Assembly: GCA_030432715.1 (NCBI GenBank)
Contig: JAUIML010000003.1
Coordinates: 1-58,889 of the forward strand
Reading direction: 5' to 3'
Length of the DNA: 58,889 bases
Source of the DNA: Acidimicrobiia bacterium
Lineage (GTDB): Bacteria; Actinomycetota; Acidimicrobiia; Acidimicrobiales; Aldehydirespiratoraceae
The notes under the pieces were generated by a model. It saw nothing but the letters and a program-made list of their open reading frames with translations. It did not search any database and was not told where the DNA came from. Positions within the stretch are counted from its first letter, which is position 1, and each line of letters starts with the position of its first letter. Positions 39,005 through 47,963 of the stretch are shown in pieces. The translations under genes were made by a program, and so were the position numbers.

Positions 39005-39245
39005 GAGTGTGGACTCCCACTTCCGACGGCCAGCAACGAAACGAAGATAGCACCCTGTGGAAAACCTCCCGCAAGGGCCGTATGGCTCAATGGGCCGAGG
39101 TGGGACGGAGCCAGGGCCTCCATGCCCGCTCCGAACCATGGGTGGTAAGGCCCATGGCCACCGGTCACATCATGGGCGACAATTCGTCTGTACTGTCGTC
39201 GGCGCTAGCGTTGGACGAATCCACTCGGCGGAAGCAGCCGCATCG

Positions 39246-40529
39246 ATGTCCACAATCCAGGCGAGAGCGACGGCGGTGCGGCACGGGTTGCTCGCCGCGT
39301 CCGCTCACTCGTCGGGCCCGGCCGACTCGACGCCGACCACCTCCGTCGCGCTCTGGCTCTTCCTCGCCGCGGTGTTCCTGATGCCGCTGCAACTCGAGAT
39401 CGAGAGCTTCAAGGACGCCACGGGAACCCGTCTCCCTCCCGGCGATGCCCTCCTCGCACTCTCCGTGCTCGCCGCGCCGCACACGGTTGTCTTCCGACGC
39501 CAGCGGATCACCTTGCTGCCCCTCGCGATGATGGTGATGCTCGCCTGGGGATTGTTCATCGCGTTGGTCTATGCAGGGGGTGCCACCGACCACGCCTTCA
39601 CCGTGAAGTTCATCGGAGCCGCCGTCCTCGCGATCTGGGGTCTCGTCACCATCACCCACGTACGGGCCGGTCACGGCACTCGGATCATCCGGGTCTTCCT
39701 CGTCGGCATGGCCTTCTGGGCGGTGGTCTCCTTCGTGGACTGGCGCTACGTCGACTTCCTGGGATTCGTCGACCCGAAGACGCCGACCCGATTCGGGGGG
39801 ACCCAGTTCGATCCCAACAACGCGGGCGCCGCATTCGCCGTCGCCCTCGTGATGCACTGGAAGTTCGGTCATCGCGTCTTCGCCACCCGGTGGGTGCGGT
39901 TCCTCGTCGGCGCCGTCTTCGTGGTCGCCCTGTACTACACGTTCTCCCGCGGTGGCTACATCAGCCTCGCGGCCGGCGCCGCCGTCGTCCTGCTCTTCGA
40001 CACCGTCCGCACCGGACGGTGGCTGCGCTACGCACTGATCGGCGGGTTGATCGTGGTGGGTACGTTCGCGATCGGCGTGATCGGCGACTCCATCGACGAG
40101 TTCGAACGTCGGCCCGACAACATCAACAGCCGCGACGAGATCCTCGACAAGGGGCTCGATCGGTTCGTCGACTCGGGCGGACTCGGTATCGGCCTGGGCA
40201 CGTACCGAGCCGAGACCGACACCATCGTCCACAACACCGCGCTCGGCCTTCTCGTCGAGATGTCCGTCGTCGGACTCGCGTTCTTCCTCGCCCTCGCGAT
40301 CATCCCGCTGCAGGAAGGCCTGAGGATTCGATCGTTCGATCGCGACCTCGCGCTGGCGATCATCGGGGGCCACACGGTCATGGTCGTTGCGAGTGGCGGA
40401 ATCGAGGCCATGTATCAACGTCAGTGGTGGCTCGTCATCGGCTTGGCGGCAACCCCCGCCGCCGCCCGAGCCATCGGCCGCCCGAGGGGGGCCGACCCGC
40501 TCGACGTGGCAGCCGGCGCTCACCCATGA
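39246..40529 (+). CDS. O-antigen ligase/Wzy-like polymerase
   Basis: RFGGTQFDPN, TFSRGG, GIGLG, HNTALGLLVE; about 10 TM. Confidence 0.88.
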   Translation: MSTIQARATAVRHGLLAASAHSSGPADSTPTTSVALWLFLAAVFLMPLQLEIESFKDATGTRLPPGDALLALSVLAAPHTVVFRRQRITLLPLAMMVMLAWGLFIALVYAGGATDHAFTVKFIGAAVLAIWGLVTITHVRAGHGTRIIRVFLVGMAFWAVVSFVDWRYVDFLGFVDPKTPTRFGGTQFDPNNAGAAFAVALVMHWKFGHRVFATRWVRFLVGAVFVVALYYTFSRGGYISLAAGAAVVLLFDTVRTGRWLRYALIGGLIVVGTFAIGVIGDSIDEFERRPDNINSRDEILDKGLDRFVDSGGLGIGLGTYRAETDTIVHNTALGLLVEMSVVGLAFFLALAIIPLQEGLRIRSFDRDLALAIIGGHTVMVVASGGIEAMYQRQWWLVIGLAATPAAARAIGRPRGADPLDVAAGAHP

Positions 40530-41470
40530 GCGACTCACCCATGAGCGACGAGTCCCCCGATCCGAGTGCGGTGATCTTCGTCGGCGGCTGCGACCGAAGC
40601 GGCACGACGATCGTCAGTCGGCTGATCGCAGAACAGCTGGGGCTGATCATGCTTCCCGAGGCGTACTTCCACGCCGTGGCGTTCCGCCGGTTCGGGGCCG
40701 ATGTTTCCGCCCTGGTCGCGCTGCGCCACTGGCGACGCCGCAGCTGGGGGCTCTCGGTCGACGACGACCGCCGCGACATGCGACTGGCCCCGTACCTGCG
40801 CGAGTGCATGTCCGACATCCAGGAGTCACGCCGCGGGCGGCGCACGCCCCTGCGCACCGTCGAGAGCACTCCGGAGAACATCGAGATCGGATCGACGCTC
40901 CTCTCCGAGTTCGCCGACGCGACCCTGGTCCACGTCGTGCGCGACCCACGGGCCGTCGCCGCGTCGCTGCGGGCCGCCGACTTCGGGCCCACGACCGTGC
41001 AGGAGTGCGCCCGCTTCTGGAAACAACGGGTGGCCAGCGGACTCGCCCTCGAGACCTCCCAGCCCGATCGGGTCGCTCGGGTGCGCTACGAGAGCTTCCT
41101 CGCCGATCCGACCGACCTGCCCGGACCCTTGGCCGGCGTGGCCCCGAGCCGCGACTTCACGTTCGAACCCGAGCGCGACGCGATTCTCGACCCGACCAGT
41201 CGGCAGCTGCAGACCCAGGCGCTCGCCGCGGTCGACACGAGCCGTATCGACGGTTGGCGGTCCATCCTCACGCCCGAGGAGGTCGGCATGATCGAATACG
41301 AGTGCCGCGAGCTGATGGTCGCGTTCGGCTACGAACTCGAGGGTTCGCCAGACGCCAGGACGTCGACGCAACGGCTCCTGACGTCGACCCGGTCCGCGCT
41401 CGGCGAACTCACGACCGGATCGTTCCGCCGACTAGTGCGGGTGGCGCGAGCTCGGGTCCGGCACCGCTGA
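40526..41470 (+). CDS. PAPS-dependent sulfotransferase
   Basis: GGCDRSGTT, ESTPEN, HVVRDPRAVAAS, VRYE. Confidence 0.9.
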   Translation: MSDSPMSDESPDPSAVIFVGGCDRSGTTIVSRLIAEQLGLIMLPEAYFHAVAFRRFGADVSALVALRHWRRRSWGLSVDDDRRDMRLAPYLRECMSDIQESRRGRRTPLRTVESTPENIEIGSTLLSEFADATLVHVVRDPRAVAASLRAADFGPTTVQECARFWKQRVASGLALETSQPDRVARVRYESFLADPTDLPGPLAGVAPSRDFTFEPERDAILDPTSRQLQTQALAAVDTSRIDGWRSILTPEEVGMIEYECRELMVAFGYELEGSPDARTSTQRLLTSTRSALGELTTGSFRRLVRVARARVRHR

Positions 41471-42295
41471 CCGGGGGGCGTCTCGGAAGAAGACGAAGTC
41501 CGACACATAGGTCGCCGGAAGGACACCCGACTCGAACCCCTCGCCGCTGTAGTTCGATGCAGAGAGTTGGTCGACCTGGTCGCGGGTGACATCGAAGTCG
41601 TCGATGGGCACGAGCCCGCCGTCGCGGATGAAGAAGCCATGGGGAAACTCGGTGGCGAGGTCGTCGATCGTGGCCGCGAGCGCATCGACACCACAGTGCC
41701 GGGCTTCGATCTCGATGATGAGCGTCGGCACGTCGCCCAGGCAGCCGCGCATGCCCTTCAGCACGTTCCCCTCGAGACCCTCGACATCGATCTTCACGAC
41801 GTCGAAGGGCCCCGACGCCTGCCAGATGTCGTCGACCGTCGCAACCGGCGTGATCTCGACCATGGCATTGGCGAGGCGCTCGCGCCCGGTCGCCAGCCAG
41901 TGCATGGGATTGCCGTCGCGATCGAGTGGAACCGAGAGGTGCATGACGCCCGCGACGGCGTCCACCGCGGCGGGGAGGAAGACCCGGCCGGGGGCGGACG
42001 TCGCCCACTTGGAGAGGCGCACGCGGTGGGTCGCGCCGGGTTCGACCGCGACGACCATCCCGTCTCGACCGACCCGGCCGGCCGCGACGGCGGCGTAGTC
42101 GCCACGATTCGCGCCGATGTCGAGATACCGCCCGCCGGGTTCGAGGTGCGTCTCCAGCAGGTCGACGATGACGTCGCCTGCCCGCCGGCGCCGAAGGATG
42201 GCCAAACGAGACGGCAACCTGACGAGGACCCGGTGGATCAGCCGGCTGACGGGCCCAAGTGACCGAAGTTTCTGAAGCATCCGCCGCTCGTTCAT
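41432..42295 (-). CDS. FkbM-family methyltransferase
   Basis: LDIGANRG, VAVEP, VKIDVEGLE. Confidence 0.9.
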   Translation of the reverse strand: MNERRMLQKLRSLGPVSRLIHRVLVRLPSRLAILRRRRAGDVIVDLLETHLEPGGRYLDIGANRGDYAAVAAGRVGRDGMVVAVEPGATHRVRLSKWATSAPGRVFLPAAVDAVAGVMHLSVPLDRDGNPMHWLATGRERLANAMVEITPVATVDDIWQASGPFDVVKIDVEGLEGNVLKGMRGCLGDVPTLIIEIEARHCGVDALAATIDDLATEFPHGFFIRDGGLVPIDDFDVTRDQVDQLSASNYSGEGFESGVLPATYVSDFVFFRDAPRSAVPDPSSRHPH

Positions 42296-43275
42296 CGGGA
42301 GAGTGAATGGCCCACGCGGGATACCACCTCGTCCCAGTTGTATACCCGTCGGTAGACCTGCGCGGCAATGTCGCGATCGGCGACGTCGAGCGGTGCCCGG
42401 GCCAGGCCCTCACGGAGGAGACCGACGAGCTCATCGTGGCTCGCGAAGAACCGCACCCCACCGAGGTCGACTTCGCGGAAGATCGGGGTGTCGCGACAGA
42501 TCACCGGGGAACCACAGGCGCGAGCCTCCGCCACCGGGAGTCCGAATCCTTCGCTGTGCGACGGCACGACCGTGACCGTGGCCTCGTTGTAGAGCGCGAC
42601 CAGCGCTTCGTCGGAGACATCGGAGACCAGGTGCACCCGTTGGGGCGGGATCCCCTCCGAGGTGAGCACCTCGAGGGCGCGGTCCCGCCCCCGGGTCACG
42701 ACGGTGAGTCGGGCATCGGGTTCGTCGAGCGCGGCGAACGCCGCCGCGAGGTCTTCGAACCCCTTGTTCGCGTTCATCGAGCCGACATACAGGATCGAGG
42801 GACGGTCGGGGGTCGACGCACCCGGCTGCACCGAGAAATGCGGCTCGACGCCGGCTCCCACGTTGACGATGGTCGGTCCCTCGTCGGCGAGCCATTCGCG
42901 GATCGCATCGGCGCTCTGCTCGCTGATCGTGAAGATGAACTCCGCGCGCCGCGCGCCACGGCGAACGACGGTGTCGTAGTACGCGCGGTAGTAGCGGGGA
43001 AAGCCGAGCGACGGGTCGCGCTGCATCAACCCGTAGATGAAGATCGAATACGGGACCGAACGCAGAAGCGGGCTGCTGAACCCCATGCTGAGGAAGTAGT
43101 CGGCGTCACCCGTTCGCCGAAGGGCGCCGGAGATCTGCACCGGAGCGAGCGGCGTGCCGGCGCGCCCCTCGAGCGGGAGACGGCGGAGGCCCAGACCCTC
43201 GGTCACGTGATGGGCGTACCGGCCGATGCCGGACATGCCCTCCCAACGAGGGTCGGTGTAGACGGAACGGTTCAG
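42292..43275 (-). CDS. GT4 glycosyltransferase (start uncertain: CTG 43275 or ATG 43236)
   Basis: DPRWEGMSGIGRY, YVGS...KG, SEGFGLPVAEA. Confidence 0.88.
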   Translation of the reverse strand: MNRSVYTDPRWEGMSGIGRYAHHVTEGLGLRRLPLEGRAGTPLAPVQISGALRRTGDADYFLSMGFSSPLLRSVPYSIFIYGLMQRDPSLGFPRYYRAYYDTVVRRGARRAEFIFTISEQSADAIREWLADEGPTIVNVGAGVEPHFSVQPGASTPDRPSILYVGSMNANKGFEDLAAAFAALDEPDARLTVVTRGRDRALEVLTSEGIPPQRVHLVSDVSDEALVALYNEATVTVVPSHSEGFGLPVAEARACGSPVICRDTPIFREVDLGGVRFFASHDELVGLLREGLARAPLDVADRDIAAQVYRRVYNWDEVVSRVGHSLSR

Positions 43276-45053
43276 ACGGATCTCAGGATCATGCCCTCTT
43301 GGGCGTCGAGTGTCACCGAGGTGACCAGATTGCCCGCAGGGTCGCGCATGGGTTCGTCCGGTGTGTAGGTCACCGGCCCGTTGCCGGGCTCGTTGAGGAG
43401 TACGACACCCTCGGTGAACTCGCGGACGAAGAGTCCGTCGTGGTAGGTCCGATCGGCGATCGCGTGCCCGAGATCGACATCGAACTCGCTCCACCAACCG
43501 TCGGGCGAACCCATCGACTTGCTGTCGGTGCTCACGAGATCGTTGCCGTTGTTCACGAGCAGCAGGGCGGCGAAGTTGTAGCGCTGCTCGGCTTCGTTCG
43601 TCGCCGACCGATCGACGAAGATCACGTTCGTACCGAGGGCATGGATTCGGTCGATGTTGTCGAAGAAGGCGAGGAGCGAGAACTTGCCCGCACCGCCTTT
43701 GAGGCCGCCATCGTTGACCCCCCGCTCGAGCGAGATGTAGTCGGCTGCCCGGATCGCCCGGTTGACGTACTGGTTCGAGAACGTCGGCGCATCGGCATAC
43801 CAGATCGTGTTGTGGACGATCTCGAGTTGGGGGAACTCGGCCCGCAACTGCTCCAGGAACTCCGCGAGGTATCGCTGCCAATCGGCCAGCGTCAGGGCGA
43901 CCCCGGTGCGCGGATCGATCGGGGTCGCCTCGTTGCCGTTCTGGTCGCCGAAGCGCCACATGAAGTTGACGTCGTCGAGCTTCAGTCCGGTGTAGCCGCG
44001 CTCGACCAGGTCTCTCACCTGCTCGACGAAGTCGGCACGGTACGCGGGGTTCCCGACATCCCCGGCGAAGTGGGCGCATCCGCCGCCGCACCCGAACGGG
44101 ATGTAGACCGGGTCGCCGTCCGCATCGCGCAGGACCCATTCGGGGTGATCGACCGATCGAGCATCGGATGCCGTGTCGGTGCTGATGCCGTAGGAGTTGC
44201 GGTAGGCCCAGACGTCGGAGAACGACTCGAGACGCGAGTCCCAGTAGGGGACGAACACGATGGCTCGGTCGACGTGCTCCTCGAACCAGGACCAGTGACC
44301 CCCCGAGGTCCACTGGTTCCACGACGAGTTCGCGGTCACCACGAACCCGGCGGAGCCCTCCGAGCAGCACACGGCCCCGGTCGAGTCGTCGGAGCCGGCG
44401 CCTTCGGACCGGAGCTGGTTGTAGAGGCGGATCAGGAACGCAGCCATCTGCTCACGCGTGACCACCGCCGCGGGCGAGTACTGCGTCGGCGAGGTGCCGG
44501 TGGTGATGCCGAGTCCGTAGATGCAGCCGACGGCCTCGACCGCGAACGAGGAATCGGGGACGTCGGTGAACGGCGTGGCGCCCGGCGTGCAGCTGTTGTC
44601 GCTGACCTCGTCGTAGAAGCGGGCCAGAAACGCAGCCATCTGTTCTCGGCTCACCGGTGCCCGTGGGGAGTACCGGGTCGGACTCGTCCCCGCGGTGATC
44701 CCGAGTCGATACATGCATCCGATCGGTCCGGCCGCGTACGAGGCGGCGTCGACGTCGACGAACGGTGTGGCGGCCGGGCTGCACGGCTGTGGGACCAGGA
44801 CCTCGTAGAGCCGCCCGAGGAAGGTCGCCATCTGCTCGCGGGTGACCGTCGCCCGAGGGCTGAACGTGGTCGGCGAGGTGCCGGCGGTGACGCCGAGGGA
44901 ATAGAGCGCCTCGATCGAGGGCTCGGCGAACGAATTGCCGATGTCGTCGAAGGGTGTCGGGCCGGTGGCCGCCGCCGTCTCCGCGGGGAGCAGGAGCGCC
45001 GCGATCAGCGCACACGTCATCATCGTGTGGCTGAGTCTGCTCAGTCGCTTCAT
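43272..45053 (-). CDS. Secreted S-layer-homology (SLH) protein with putative glycoside hydrolase domain
   Basis: Signal peptide; three GITxGTSPTxYSP...VTREQMAAFL repeats; C-terminal HPEWVLRD, DVGNP, GYTGLKLDDVN, RxF..G.V. Confidence 0.82.
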   Translation of the reverse strand: MKRLSRLSHTMMTCALIAALLLPAETAAATGPTPFDDIGNSFAEPSIEALYSLGVTAGTSPTTFSPRATVTREQMATFLGRLYEVLVPQPCSPAATPFVDVDAASYAAGPIGCMYRLGITAGTSPTRYSPRAPVSREQMAAFLARFYDEVSDNSCTPGATPFTDVPDSSFAVEAVGCIYGLGITTGTSPTQYSPAAVVTREQMAAFLIRLYNQLRSEGAGSDDSTGAVCCSEGSAGFVVTANSSWNQWTSGGHWSWFEEHVDRAIVFVPYWDSRLESFSDVWAYRNSYGISTDTASDARSVDHPEWVLRDADGDPVYIPFGCGGGCAHFAGDVGNPAYRADFVEQVRDLVERGYTGLKLDDVNFMWRFGDQNGNEATPIDPRTGVALTLADWQRYLAEFLEQLRAEFPQLEIVHNTIWYADAPTFSNQYVNRAIRAADYISLERGVNDGGLKGGAGKFSLLAFFDNIDRIHALGTNVIFVDRSATNEAEQRYNFAALLLVNNGNDLVSTDSKSMGSPDGWWSEFDVDLGHAIADRTYHDGLFVREFTEGVVLLNEPGNGPVTYTPDEPMRDPAGNLVTSVTLDAQEGMILRSV

Positions 45054-45116
45054 GCGGACCCCTGGACGAACTCGGCACAAACCCGAGAAGGCACAGGGCC
45101 ATCCCGTCTCAGCTTG

Positions 45117-45143
45117 TATCGGCACCGCCCGTGCCCACTTGAG
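45117..45143 (-). promoter_or_regulatory. Putative sigma-28/WhiG-type promoter for the SLH-hydrolase
   Basis: Minus strand CTCA-N16-GCCGATA. Confidence 0.6.
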
Positions 45144-45226
45144 CGTGCAACCTAGCGGACGCGGATCCCGTCGTGGCGGCGGCCACCGGCGCCGACCCTC
45201 ACCGGGCACCGGCCTAAACTCCGCCG

Positions 45227-46438
45227 GTGCAACTGAGGAAGTCCTTGCTGAGCCGCGGGTCGACGCTGGCGTTCGACCAGATGCTCAGCAGCATGTCGAA
45301 CCTGCTGATGGGCCTCCTCGCGATCCGCTCTCTCGGGCTCGACGACTTCGGCGCGTTCTCGACCGTCTACGTCGCCTACATCCTCGTTCTCGGACTGATC
45401 CGCGCCGCCGTCGTCGATCCGTACATGGCGGGGATCTACGCGCATGACGAGCCGCACGACCGTCTGCAGCTCGTCCTCATCTTCGGTCTGGGCGGCTTCG
45501 TCTTCGGGCTCGTCGCGGCCGGGTCGATCCTTGCCCTCGACATGTCGAGCGTGACCGTCGCCCTGCTGCTGGTTCCGACGATCACCGGCGTCTTCGTGCT
45601 CGATGCCGTGCGCTACATCGGCTTCAAGGTGCCGGCGATGGCGGGTCCGTGCGTCGCCGATGGGATATGGGTGGCCATCGCACTGGTGGCGCTGCTGACC
45701 GTGGGCGACGAGCTCACCGTCGGCGAGGTGCTCCTGCTCTGGGCCGGAGCCGGCACGGTGGGACTCCTCGTCGCGATTCCCTTCGTGCCGCGCATCGAGT
45801 TCGGTCACGTTCGCTTCGATGCGCTCACCACGCACCGAAAGCTGCGGACCGCATACGCCCTCGACTATTCGCTCTCGAGCGGCGTCGGCCAGCTCGGCGC
45901 CCTGCTGCTCGGGGTGTTGTTCGGGTTCGCGGCGCTCGGATCGTTTCGCGCCGTCAGCCTCGTGATGCGACCGGCGACGACCGTCGTCACGGCGGTCCAG
46001 TCCGTTCTCCTGAACGAGTTCGACATGCGAACGCAGCGCCCCGGCGCGAACGTGCTCCGCTTCGCCCAACTGGTCGCGCTCGCCCTGTTGGCCATCTCCG
46101 TCCTCTGGTCGGCGTTCATCCTGCTCCTCCCGGAGAGTTGGTTGGTCGACCTGATGGGTCCTGACTGGCTGCGGGCGAAGAACCTCGTCCTGCCGGTGGC
46201 GGTCCTCAACTTCGGTCTCGTCGCGATCGTCCCGGCCCAGCTTCTGCTGCGCTTCCGACGGGCGTCCCGCTCGTTGTTGCAGGCGCGGGTGTTCGGCTCG
46301 ATCGCGCTGATCGGGGGGTTGCTCGTGGGTGACTACATCGCCGCGGTTCGCGCCGCGGTCTGGGGGATGGCCCTGGGCGCGCTGTTGGGCGCCGCGGTGT
46401 TCTGGATCGCCGTGTATCGCACCCCGAGCGAGCGCTGA
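45227..46438 (+). CDS. Wzx-like flippase / polysaccharide biosynthesis membrane protein
   Basis: DQMLSSMSN...RSLGLDDFGAF; about 12 TM; in the EPS locus. Confidence 0.8.
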   Translation: MQLRKSLLSRGSTLAFDQMLSSMSNLLMGLLAIRSLGLDDFGAFSTVYVAYILVLGLIRAAVVDPYMAGIYAHDEPHDRLQLVLIFGLGGFVFGLVAAGSILALDMSSVTVALLLVPTITGVFVLDAVRYIGFKVPAMAGPCVADGIWVAIALVALLTVGDELTVGEVLLLWAGAGTVGLLVAIPFVPRIEFGHVRFDALTTHRKLRTAYALDYSLSSGVGQLGALLLGVLFGFAALGSFRAVSLVMRPATTVVTAVQSVLLNEFDMRTQRPGANVLRFAQLVALALLAISVLWSAFILLLPESWLVDLMGPDWLRAKNLVLPVAVLNFGLVAIVPAQLLLRFRRASRSLLQARVFGSIALIGGLLVGDYIAAVRAAVWGMALGALLGAAVFWIAVYRTPSER

Positions 46439-46445
46439 GGTCCGT

Positions 46446-47852
46446 TCACACGGAGAAGAGCACCGCGGCCTCACGCGGACCGAGCGTGATCGACTGGACG
46501 AGCCGGCCGTCGAGGGTGCGCATGATCTGTCCGAGCTCGATCGTCGTACGGGCGGCCCCCGGTTCGGTCAGGAAGACGGCGCCGCGGCTGAAGGCCCGTC
46601 GATGGACTCCGTCCTCGAATCGCCGTTCACCGACCGCCGCGCCCAGGTCCGTGTCGAACCCGCCCCACAGGGACGACGGCGAAACGTGGGAGACCACATC
46701 CGAGGTGATCGCGTCGTGGCCGTTGCTGGTGAGGAGGGCCCCGCCGAGGTTGTACTCCAGCACCGCTGCGGAGTCCGCCGCCTTGTCGACCAGGACCACG
46801 GCCGCACCGTTCTCGTGGATCCGGTCGATCATCGCCATGAACGACCGGATCCCCCACCGGCCTCCACCGCCCTCGAGGCCGCCATCGCCGTAGCCGCGCT
46901 CGAGGGCGATGACGTCGGCCGACCGGATCGCGCGGTCGATCAGGGGGTCGGCGAGTCCGGGCGAGTCGCTGAACCAGATGATGTTGTGCATGATCTCGAG
47001 GTCGGGGAACTCGGCCCGGATCAGTTCGAGGAACTCGGTGAAGTACCGACGCCAGTCCTCGAGTTCGAGCGGGGCGCCGGTACGCGGGTCGATCGGCGTC
47101 GACGGACCCCCGTCGACCGTGCCGAAACGCCACTCGAAGTTGACGTCGTCCAGCATCAGGCCGGGGTACCCGCGGTCCACGAGCCCCGCGACGTAATCGA
47201 GGAAATCGGCGCGGAAGCCTGGGTCGCCGATGTCGGCGGCGTAGCGCGGGCAGCCGCCACCGCAGGCGAAGGGGATGTACACGGCATCTCCGTTCGCATC
47301 GCGCAGGATCCACTCCGGATGCTCGATGGCGCGACGGTCCTTGGTCGTGTTGACCGAGATGCCGTATGCGTTCTGGTACACCAACACGTCGCGGTAGCTG
47401 TCGAGACGCGTGTCCCAGTACGGCTCGAACACCACCATCCGGTCGAAGGTGGCGCCGAGCCAGTCCCAGTGTCCACCGGAGGTGTAGCGGTCGTAGCTCG
47501 ATCGAGCGTTGACGGTCAGGCCGAGGGTCCCCTCTCCGTGGGACAGCCACCGATCGGGTTGAGCCGTGGCCTCGACCACTGGCTCGACGGCCTCGGCGAC
47601 CGGCACGACGACCTCGGCTTCCTCGACCGCCGGCCCTGCGACCGCGACCACTCGCTCGACGGCCTCAGAGGCCGGCACCACGACCTCGGGCTCCTGGACG
47701 ACCGGCGCCGGAAGCTCACGGACGGCTTCCGTCTCGACCGTCCCCCCACGGACGGCCGCCACCAGCCCACAGGCCACCGCGACCACGAGGACCGCGGTGG
47801 ACCGGGCGACACCCGATCGACGGGGCCTCGGGGCCTCGGGGTGCTCGACCAC
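46446..47852 (-). CDS. Membrane-anchored putative glycoside hydrolase, paralog of the C-terminal domain of 43272-45053
   Basis: Shares TSGGHW, PYWD.RL, HPEW.LRD, PF.CGGGC, LDDVNF, PIDPRTG, HN.IW, LERG. AGGAG RBS; EAVE/VVVP repeat stalk. Confidence 0.82.
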   Translation of the reverse strand: MVEHPEAPRPRRSGVARSTAVLVVAVACGLVAAVRGGTVETEAVRELPAPVVQEPEVVVPASEAVERVVAVAGPAVEEAEVVVPVAEAVEPVVEATAQPDRWLSHGEGTLGLTVNARSSYDRYTSGGHWDWLGATFDRMVVFEPYWDTRLDSYRDVLVYQNAYGISVNTTKDRRAIEHPEWILRDANGDAVYIPFACGGGCPRYAADIGDPGFRADFLDYVAGLVDRGYPGLMLDDVNFEWRFGTVDGGPSTPIDPRTGAPLELEDWRRYFTEFLELIRAEFPDLEIMHNIIWFSDSPGLADPLIDRAIRSADVIALERGYGDGGLEGGGGRWGIRSFMAMIDRIHENGAAVVLVDKAADSAAVLEYNLGGALLTSNGHDAITSDVVSHVSPSSLWGGFDTDLGAAVGERRFEDGVHRRAFSRGAVFLTEPGAARTTIELGQIMRTLDGRLVQSITLGPREAAVLFSV

Positions 47853-47919
47853 CGCTGATCTCCTGTTCGGGTTCCGCACCTGCAACCGGCAGGGCCACCG
47901 CGGCGCGGCAGGAGTACCC

Positions 47920-47946
47920 ATCGGCCCGGAGCACCGTTGAGTTGAC
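47920..47946 (-). promoter_or_regulatory. Putative sigma-28/WhiG-type promoter for the second hydrolase
   Basis: Minus strand GTCA-N17-GCCGAT. Confidence 0.45.
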
Positions 47947-47963
47947 GAGCCGGCGGCGAGATG

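Noticed and set aside
39056-39064. DnaA-box-like TGTGGAAAA
   Set aside because: A single mismatched copy with no origin features nearby.
40519-40549. 15-nt tandem duplication giving MSDSPMSDES at the sulfotransferase start
   Set aside because: A small in-frame duplication at a gene junction with no sign of an inserted element.
44330-44420. Possible fusion artefact between the SLH and hydrolase domains
   Set aside because: The frame is continuous with a plausible linker, and the paralog aligns from just after it.
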